Assembly (NCBI GenBank): GCA_963702005.1
Contig: OY969696.1
Coordinates: 3,488,001-3,552,000, forward strand
Source: Candidatus Aminicenantes bacterium
Lineage (GTDB): Bacteria; Acidobacteriota; Aminicenantia; Aminicenantales; JAFGBC01
Length of the DNA stretch: 64,000 nt
Direction of reading: 5' to 3'
The translations under genes and the position numbers were made by a program. Of the stretch, positions 57,043-64,000 are shown piece by piece; the first letter of the stretch is position 1, and each line of letters begins with the position of its first letter. The notes below the pieces were generated by a model that worked only from the letters and a program-made list of their open reading frames with translations, did not search any database and was not told the origin of the DNA.

Positions 57043-60000
57043 TCAGAAGGTAAAGCGCGCCGATAGCTTGAAGGTTCTGAGGCCGGATACGCTGGTTATC
57101 TTTTTGTAATAATAGTCAGTCTCGGCATATCCGAGGGAGGTATCCTGGGGATGCGCGGCATCCGGATACCAGACGCCCCACGGATTCAAGCCGGTGCGGA
57201 CGTACTTGTTGCCGAGCAGGTTGAAGACATCGGCGAAGACGGAGAAGGCCCCGAACTTGAACTTGAACTCCTTCTCAAACCGCAAGTCGGCGTTGTCCCA
57301 GGAGGCCTGGCGGTGCGCGCCGTTGGGATCCAGCATGACGCCGATCCAGTTCCACCAGGATACGCAATTGTGCTCGGAGAGCCACGCGTCCGGAACGTAG
57401 ATGGTGACGTCGAAGGCCTTATCCCAGAAATTGCCGCCGTAATTCAACGGGCCGCCCTCAAGGTGGCGGTAAATGAAGGAGCCGACGAACCCGAGGGGCA
57501 TCTTGAACGAACCGTAGAGCTTGATGGCCAGTGGAACGTCATTGATGTCGGCGCCCCAGCCGTTGATGGCGTAGTTCGGATCGTAGGGGGTGATGCTCTT
57601 CGAATTCGCGTAGGTGATGGAGCCGCCCAGAGCCCAACCATTGGCGTAGCGTTTGTCGAAGGTCAGCTCGAGGCCGTTGTAGCGGCGCTTGGAATAGGGG
57701 TTACTGGCTTGCCGATAGACCATGTTATTCCACATGGGACCATCCTTGGGCAGGTAGATGGTGACCGTCTTTTCCGGCCAGCCGCCTTTCGCGGGCACGG
57801 TGGTAGTGAAAGGCACCCAGAAGCCGGCGGGAGCGTCCTGCAATGAGCCATAGTACGTTTTGGTTAGCGGGTTGTAATACGTATCCCAATGGTCCCTGCG
57901 GCCCAGCTTGTTGACATACTGCAGCTTGACCGAGAAGTTCGTGGCCAGCTCGTGGGAGAGGGAGACGATGAGCTCATTGTTCCACGGGGCCTTCAGTTGG
58001 TATTGCTCGCCCTTGCCGGCGACATTCCAGCGCAGGGCCTCTACATCGTTGCGGACGAATTGCCACGTGTTTTGCGGGGCATAGGTGTCGATGCCCGGGT
58101 CGTCGCAGACGCCGTTGCCATTATTGTCCCACCAGTAGAAGCCGTAGTTCCCCTGGATGTTGGCCTGCGCATAGCAGAACCACATGACCGGCATGGCTTC
58201 GTAGTAGCGGCCCCAGGAGGCCTTGATCGCGGTTTTACCGTTGCCGAAGAGGTCATAGCTGACGCCGATGCGCGGGGAGAGGGTCTGGTTTTGAAAAGTT
58301 TTGGCGATGGGGTCCACCGTGAGCGCCGCGTAGGGATTCCAGCCGATGGTCCCGGCTACGACTTCGCCCACCTTGTAGGCCAGGCCGTTGGAGTCGGTGC
58401 CGGTGGACTTGCCGCCTCCGAAGCCGCCCCAGTAATAGTCATAACGGAGACCGAAGTTGATGGTCAGGCGGTTTTTAATGGTGAAGGAGTCTTGCAGGTA
58501 GGCGCCCAAGCGGTTGCCGGGCAGGTCCTTGGTGGAGTCGCCCTCTTTGGGGCCCTCGACGCCCAGGTAGATGCTGCCGTCACCGAAGGTGTCGCGGGGC
58601 CTGCCCTGGGCGGCATTAGTATAGGGATTGCCCTTGTAGTAGTGCATGGTCAGCGGGTTGCCGCGCGCGACGGTGAGGCGGTCGAATGAGTAGATGTATT
58701 CGACGCCAGCGCCGATTTCGTGGTTGCCGCCCAGCACGTCGTCCATGAAGTGGGTCAGGCGGGCGCTTACGGTTTCGGTCCGGCGGATCGTGTATTGCTC
58801 TTCGGCATCGTGGTTGCCCCAGACGTAGCCGGTGTAATCGTCAACTTTGGCGATATTGGCCCGCGCTTCCGGCTGGGAGGTGAGCGCCCAGTCGAGGTTG
58901 TTGTAGCCGCCGCGGAAGGCGACGATGGTGTTAGGACCGAACATCCAGTTCAGTTCGGCGGTCACCGCCTCTCTCTTCGAGTTGGAATCGACGGTGGAAT
59001 CCCAGACTTGATAATAGCTCGGAGAATAGAGGTTATGGGTGAAGTTGCCGTTGAACATTACGAAGAGGCGCATGTCCTTGCTGAGCTGGGTGGTCAGTTT
59101 GAGGAAGGGGGACCAGGTCTTGGTGGGATTGGTGAAGACACCGTAAGTTTTGCTTTCCAGGGTGACCGGGACGTTGTTCAGCGTATACTCGTTCTGGAGA
59201 TAGTCTATCGTACCGAAGAACCAGAGCTTGTCCTTGAAGATCGGGCCGCCGAGAGAGGCCGAAGCATCCGTGTCGTACTTGGCAAAGGCCGGCTTGGATC
59301 TCCCCATGGAAGTAAGCTCTTCGTCGGTGAAGAGCATCTGGTTGAGGCCCTTGGCGGTGTAATAGGTCTGGGCTTGGCCGTGAAAGGAGTTGCCGCCCGA
59401 TTTGGTGACGACGGAAATGAACGAGCCGCCCGAGGCGCCGACCTGGGCCGGCAGACCGCCGGTGGCGATCTCGATCTCCTCCACGCTATCATACTGCGGG
59501 GCGATCTGCATGCCGCCGGTGGTGGGGCTCTCGCCGTTGACGCCGTCGATCTCGTAGGCGGTGGAGCCGGAGTTGGCGCCGTGGATGCTGCCGGAGTAGG
59601 CGGCAATGGTACCCGCGCTGCCGGCGGTGATGTTGAAGAGACCGTTGATGTTGCGGTTGAGGGGCAAGTTCTGCAGCAATTCAGTGGTTATGACGTTGGT
59701 TATCTTGTTCGACTCCACGTCAACCACCGGGGCTGCCGCAATCACCGTTACTTCTTCGGCCAAGGTGCTGGTCTCAGTTTGCAGGTTAACGGTGTAAATC
59801 TGGCCGACCTGGACGACAATTCCGGGCTCCTTGACGGTTTTAAAGCCTTGAAGGCTTGCCGTGAGCGTGTATGTTCCCGGAGGCAAATTGACAAGCCTGT
59901 AGGCGCCATTGACATCCGAGATGGACGCGACCGAGCCCATCAGGGCCGGACTTTCGGCAGTTATGGTCATGCCGGGGATTGGAGCACCAGTGTTGTCGAT

Positions 60001-60105
60001 GACGACACCCTTGATGACGCCGGTCTGCCGGGCGACCTGGGCTCCAAGAAACGGCACGAGTACGAGGCCGGCCAAGACAAAAATCAGGAACCGATGCGTT
60101 TTCAA
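57043..60105 (-). CDS. TonB-dependent receptor with a carboxypeptidase regulatory-like N-domain (Oar-like)
   Basis: LPPGTY, VVTKSGGN.FHG, GGPIFKDKLWFF, YLQDSF, SPRIGVSYDL.GNGKT, C-terminal ARFTF; TTG start with RBS. Confidence 0.92.
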   Translation of the reverse strand: MKTHRFLIFVLAGLVLVPFLGAQVARQTGVIKGVVIDNTGAPIPGMTITAESPALMGSVASISDVNGAYRLVNLPPGTYTLTASLQGFKTVKEPGIVVQVGQIYTVNLQTETSTLAEEVTVIAAAPVVDVESNKITNVITTELLQNLPLNRNINGLFNITAGSAGTIAAYSGSIHGANSGSTAYEIDGVNGESPTTGGMQIAPQYDSVEEIEIATGGLPAQVGASGGSFISVVTKSGGNSFHGQAQTYYTAKGLNQMLFTDEELTSMGRSKPAFAKYDTDASASLGGPIFKDKLWFFGTIDYLQNEYTLNNVPVTLESKTYGVFTNPTKTWSPFLKLTTQLSKDMRLFVMFNGNFTHNLYSPSYYQVWDSTVDSNSKREAVTAELNWMFGPNTIVAFRGGYNNLDWALTSQPEARANIAKVDDYTGYVWGNHDAEEQYTIRRTETVSARLTHFMDDVLGGNHEIGAGVEYIYSFDRLTVARGNPLTMHYYKGNPYTNAAQGRPRDTFGDGSIYLGVEGPKEGDSTKDLPGNRLGAYLQDSFTIKNRLTINFGLRYDYYWGGFGGGKSTGTDSNGLAYKVGEVVAGTIGWNPYAALTVDPIAKTFQNQTLSPRIGVSYDLFGNGKTAIKASWGRYYEAMPVMWFCYAQANIQGNYGFYWWDNNGNGVCDDPGIDTYAPQNTWQFVRNDVEALRWNVAGKGEQYQLKAPWNNELIVSLSHELATNFSVKLQYVNKLGRRDHWDTYYNPLTKTYYGSLQDAPAGFWVPFTTTVPAKGGWPEKTVTIYLPKDGPMWNNMVYRQASNPYSKRRYNGLELTFDKRYANGWALGGSITYANSKSITPYDPNYAINGWGADINDVPLAIKLYGSFKMPLGFVGSFIYRHLEGGPLNYGGNFWDKAFDVTIYVPDAWLSEHNCVSWWNWIGVMLDPNGAHRQASWDNADLRFEKEFKFKFGAFSVFADVFNLLGNKYVRTGLNPWGVWYPDAAHPQDTSLGYAETDYYYKKITSVSGLRTFKLSARFTF

Positions 60106-60347
60106 TGTTTCCTCCTTTTCATGCCGATATTTGGCTCCTTTCCTTTGCCGTCAGCCGAAGCGACAGGATTCAAGCTTTTCCATTCTCACCTCCTTGAAGG
60201 GTTTTTCCTGGCGGTGGATGAAGAGTTTCCGCCCGGCGGAGATTCGGAACGGCCGGGGATTTGTTGTTGTAAGCGTGGAAAGGGTCTGCTATAATCTTAA
60301 AGACGAGAATTTTATTGATTTCTCGTGCATTAAACATGGTTGATGCC

Positions 60348-60361
60348 GTGCGTTAACGTAC
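60348..60361. promoter_or_regulatory. Candidate LacI operator 1 (at the TonB receptor promoter)
   Basis: GTGCGTTAACGTAC near-palindrome, just downstream of a leftward TTGACA..TATTTT promoter-like sequence. Confidence 0.55.
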
Positions 60362-60501
60362 ACATAAAATATCAGATTTTATGGCGCTGTTGTCAAGTAT
60401 TATTTTTTCTTCCGGACCCAGAAATAATCTTATATAACCTATAAAATCTATATTATTACGAGTCAGAGCTCGCCGGGATGAGCTGAAAAGCGGCGAGGCT
60501 A

Positions 60502-60552
60502 TTGACACAAAACCCCATTTTTTTTAAATTAGAATAAGAATCGTTAACGCAA
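60502..60552 (+). promoter_or_regulatory. LacI gene promoter and candidate operator 2
   Basis: TTGACA-N17-TAAATT followed by ATCGTTAACGCAA, which shares the CGTTAACG core with operator 1. Confidence 0.55.
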
Positions 60553-60566
60553 ACAAGGAGAGCCCC

Positions 60567-61601
60567 ATTTCCACCATAAAAGAAATCGCCAAGAGGGCCC
60601 GGGTTTCGATCGGGACCGTGGACCGGGTCCTTCACAGCCGGGGACGCGTCTCGAAGGAAACGGAGGAGAGGGTCCGCCGGATCATCGAAGAGATCGACTA
60701 CCGGCCGAACGTTTTCGCCAAGCATCTCCGCCTCTCCAAGGTATTCACGTTCGGCATCCTGATGCCGAAGCCTTCCCAGGACAGCCACTACTGGATGCTT
60801 CCCATCCAGGGCATCAGCCGGGCCCAACGTGAGCTGGCCACCCAAAAAGTCCGCGTCCGCTATTTTTTTTATGACAAGTTCCTGGCCGGCTCCTTCAATA
60901 AAATAAGCGCGGAGCTTCTGCAAACACCCTTGGACGGAATCCTGATGGCGCCCGTCCTGTCCAAAACGTTCGAATCTTTCATTAAAGATATTCCGGACGA
61001 CCTTCCCTTCGTCTTTTTCGATTCTTTCATCTCCAACGCCCGGCCTCTTGCCTATATCGGCCAAGATTCATTTCAGAGCGGCGTCCTGTCCGCCCGCTTA
61101 ATGCAAATGCTGATCCCCGCCAAGGGGGGCATCGCGGCCTTCCGCGTCCTTCCCGAAGACTATCATATCGACGAGCGGCTCAACGGGTTCGTGTCCTATT
61201 GCCGCCAGCAGAGCGGCATGGAGATCCATGTCTTCGAGATCGACGGCAACCGGAGCGGCGAGACCCGGCGCCGGACCTTCGACAAGGCCTTCGACGAAAT
61301 CCCCGACCTGCGGGGCGTCTTCGTCACCAACGCCACGACCAATCAGGTCGCCGCCTATATCAAATCGCGCGGCCTGCAGGGAAAGGTCCACATCATCGGC
61401 TATGACCTGATCGAGGAGAACGTGCGCCTGATGCGGGAGGGCGTGATCGATTTTCTCATCAGCCAGCAGTCGGAGCGGCAAGGCTATGAGGGCATTTACG
61501 CCCTCTACAGACACGTCGTGCTCAAGATGCCCGTTGAAAGCAAGATCATGATGCAGCTCGACATCGTGACGCGGGAAAACGTGGATTACTACAAATCATG
61601 A
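60567..61601 (+). CDS. LacI family transcriptional regulator (apparent ATT start)
   Basis: (I)STIKEIAKRARVSIGTVDRVLHSRG HTH begins 17 codons upstream of the track's GTG; AAGGAG RBS; sugar-binding domain. Confidence 0.9.
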   Translation: MSTIKEIAKRARVSIGTVDRVLHSRGRVSKETEERVRRIIEEIDYRPNVFAKHLRLSKVFTFGILMPKPSQDSHYWMLPIQGISRAQRELATQKVRVRYFFYDKFLAGSFNKISAELLQTPLDGILMAPVLSKTFESFIKDIPDDLPFVFFDSFISNARPLAYIGQDSFQSGVLSARLMQMLIPAKGGIAAFRVLPEDYHIDERLNGFVSYCRQQSGMEIHVFEIDGNRSGETRRRTFDKAFDEIPDLRGVFVTNATTNQVAAYIKSRGLQGKVHIIGYDLIEENVRLMREGVIDFLISQQSERQGYEGIYALYRHVVLKMPVESKIMMQLDIVTRENVDYYKS

Positions 61602-63664
61602 GTCGGCGGAATCTTCGGCCCGCTTTATTCGCCTTGATCGCCTGCCTGAGCGCGGGCTCCCTCTCTCCGGCCGCGAAGACTCCCCTTCCCGAGCGCTACC
61701 GGAAATGGCTCGAGGAAGAGGTCGTCTACATCATCACCCCCCGGGAGCGGGATGTTTTCGGGAAGCTCCAGACCGACCGGGAGCGCGACATCTTCATCGA
61801 GGCCTTCTGGAAACACCGGGACTCGAAGCCGGATACGCCGGAGAACGAGTTCAAGACCGAGCACTACCGGCGGATCGCCTATGCCAACCATCGCTTCGGC
61901 CGGACGGCCCCCAAGCCGGGCTGGAAGACGGACCGGGGCCGCATCTATATCATCCTCGGCGATCCCAACGACATCCAACGTTACGAGGGCAAACAGGAGG
62001 TTGTTCCCTCCGAGGTCTGGTTCTACCAGGACAAGGCCGAGCTGGGCCTGCCTCCCGGTTTTAACCTGGTCTTTTTCCAGGAAGGAGGGATGGGCGATTT
62101 CCGTCTCTACAGCCCGGTCCGGGACGGACCTCAGGCTTTGCTCACGGATTATCGGGGCGCCGTAAACGACTACCAAAAGGCCTATGAGACCCTCAGGGAC
62201 TATGAGCCCAACCTGGCCGCCGTCTCGCTCTCCCTGATCCCCGGCGAGGCGAACGCCCTGGCCGACCGTCCCTCGCTAGCCTCCGATATTTTCGTCCAGA
62301 GGATTGAAACCGCGGCCCAGACCCAAGTCAAGGACGACTATGCCCGGAAATTCCTCGAATACAAGGATATCGTGGATGTGGAATACAGCGCCAACTACCT
62401 GGATAGCGACGCCCTGGTCGCGGTGGCCAGGGATGAGGCCGGCGTCTCTATCGTTCACTATGCCGTGGAGCCGAAGCGGCTTTCGGTCAGCGGCGGCGGC
62501 GGAGCCTATACGACAACCCTCGGCGTCAACGGCATCGTGACCGATCCGGCCGGCTCCGTCATTTATCAATTCGAGAAGGCCTTTGCCGTTAAGATAGAGG
62601 AAGGCCGGATGGAGGAGCTAAGCCGTCAACCCTTCGACCTTCATGACCTTTTCCCCCTCATTCCCGGAACCTATAAAATGTCCGTCCTGGTCAAAAACGA
62701 AGCATCGAAAGAGTTCACCTCCTTTGAGCAGGCCCTGCTGATTCCCGGTGGCGGCCCGGGCCCGCAGCTCAGCCGACCCCTCCTCGGCTACAAATGGTCG
62801 CGGTCCTCCCCGGAAGGGCAAAACCTCAGGCCTTTTCAGTTCGGCCCCTACCGGGTCTATGCCCAGCCGGGCCGGATTTTCACCCGGGCGGACACGCTGG
62901 TCGTCGCCTTCCAAGTCTCCGGCCTGACCGAGGACGAGCGCAGGACCGGCCTTCTCCGCATCCAGATCCTGAAGGACGGTGAAGCCCTCGCCGATAGGTC
63001 GAAGAGGCTGGACGCCTGCGCCGACCTGCCGAACGTCCTGGAAGAATTTGCCCTGAAGGACCTCCTCCCCGCCCACTACGGACTCAAGATCTCCCTTCTC
63101 ATCGGCGAGCGGGAGATCCTGTCCGCGCAAGATGAATTCAACCTGACGCATCAGGAGGCCGTTCCCAGGCCCTGGATCTATTCCAAGCTCATGCCCGGGG
63201 CCGGGGAAGCGGCCTATGAGCAAATCCTGGGCGCCGAGCTCTTCAACGCGGGCCGGGTCGTCGAGGCTAAGATCAGGCTGGAAAAGGCCTACCGGAAAAA
63301 CCCCGAATCTCCGGAATCCGCCCTCCTCCTGGCGAGGGCCTGGATGGCCATGGGAGAGGTCGAGGATACGATCTCCGTATTGAAGCCTTTTCTGGATCCT
63401 TCCCGGCCTCCCAACTACGATATCTTCGTCCTGGCCGGGCGCGCCCTCCAGAGCAAGGCCGACTGGGCCGGCGCCCTCGAGCTCACCAACAGGACCATAT
63501 CTCATTTCGGCGCCAACGCCGTCCTTCTCAACGCCGTCGGCGACTGCAGCTTCGGCTTGGGCAAGATCAAAGAGGCCTTGGCCGCCTGGGAAAAATCCCT
63601 CGAGTTCAACCCGGATCAGCCCGAGATCAGGAAGAAGGTCGCCGGACTGAAGGGCGGGCGATGA
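61598..63664 (+). CDS. GWxTD domain protein with C-terminal TPR repeats
   Basis: WLEEEVVYII..FW..RD..ENEF..PGWKTDRGRIYIILG.P; TPR-like C-terminus. Confidence 0.93.
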   Translation: MSRRNLRPALFALIACLSAGSLSPAAKTPLPERYRKWLEEEVVYIITPRERDVFGKLQTDRERDIFIEAFWKHRDSKPDTPENEFKTEHYRRIAYANHRFGRTAPKPGWKTDRGRIYIILGDPNDIQRYEGKQEVVPSEVWFYQDKAELGLPPGFNLVFFQEGGMGDFRLYSPVRDGPQALLTDYRGAVNDYQKAYETLRDYEPNLAAVSLSLIPGEANALADRPSLASDIFVQRIETAAQTQVKDDYARKFLEYKDIVDVEYSANYLDSDALVAVARDEAGVSIVHYAVEPKRLSVSGGGGAYTTTLGVNGIVTDPAGSVIYQFEKAFAVKIEEGRMEELSRQPFDLHDLFPLIPGTYKMSVLVKNEASKEFTSFEQALLIPGGGPGPQLSRPLLGYKWSRSSPEGQNLRPFQFGPYRVYAQPGRIFTRADTLVVAFQVSGLTEDERRTGLLRIQILKDGEALADRSKRLDACADLPNVLEEFALKDLLPAHYGLKISLLIGEREILSAQDEFNLTHQEAVPRPWIYSKLMPGAGEAAYEQILGAELFNAGRVVEAKIRLEKAYRKNPESPESALLLARAWMAMGEVEDTISVLKPFLDPSRPPNYDIFVLAGRALQSKADWAGALELTNRTISHFGANAVLLNAVGDCSFGLGKIKEALAAWEKSLEFNPDQPEIRKKVAGLKGGR

Positions 63665-63715
63665 CGGAATGGCCCGCATCCTTAAGGAAGGCGGCGCCCA
63701 AAAAGCGAGGCTTTC

Positions 63716-64000
63716 ATGAAGAACAGGACAAGGAAAAGGTTTGCCGGGGGGATCGGCTGCGCCGTCCTTCTCCTCTGGTGTTCGGCGGAACTCCTGTCCG
63801 GCCAGGAAAACCTGGGGCGCGGCCGGGTCAGCGGCACGGTCGTCGATGAAGCGGGCGCTCCGATCGCGAATGCTCAGGTCCTCGCCGAAAGCCTTCAATC
63901 CGCGACGGCTAAGCTCACCGGGACGACCGACAAGAAAGGACATTTCGCCATAGCCGGATTCGGCACCGGGCCCTGGAAGATTACGGCGTCCAAGGCCGAG
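63716..64000 (+). CDS. Secreted carboxypeptidase regulatory-like domain protein, N-terminus (runs off window)
   Basis: MKNRTRKRFAGGIGCAVLLLW..GRGRVSGTVVDEAGAPIANAQV..TDKKGHFAIAGFGTGPWKITASK. Confidence 0.8.
   Translation, partial: MKNRTRKRFAGGIGCAVLLLWCSAELLSGQENLGRGRVSGTVVDEAGAPIANAQVLAESLQSATAKLTGTTDKKGHFAIAGFGTGPWKITASKAE

Overview
GC-rich bacterial DNA. The GWxTD/TPR, VWFA-like, zinc-ribbon Ser/Thr kinase and carboxypeptidase-regulatory TonB receptor families point to Candidatus Aminicenantes or a related Acidobacteriota lineage (inference). From left to right: 5' end of iorA; an Rrf2-resB-resC cytochrome c maturation operon; an about 18 kb export locus (4.1-21.9 kb); mnmA; surface and outer-membrane proteins; copper genes (YHS chaperone, CopA); a low-GC accessory island (about 35.8-45.2 kb) with IS91-like remnants and a tRNA-Arg 5' half; yebC-ruvCAB-queA; sugar-utilisation genes (isomerase, GH109, TonB receptor, LacI with an apparent ATT start); and a GWxTD gene. 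The export locus is the best candidate for an undescribed system. It has two divergent sigma54 promoters, a GAF histidine kinase and NtrC-type activator, TolC, one ABC ATPase and seven paralogous ABC-2 permeases ending in x-D-V/L-R. It also has a C-terminally anchored protein combining an HlyD-like alpha-hairpin with NEW3/Ig-like domains, which is hidden in the ORF track by single-base indels that look like consensus errors. Three families of intergenic palindromic repeats are present. No rRNA, intact tRNA or CRISPR array was seen. All family assignments come from motif recognition by eye; no searches were run.
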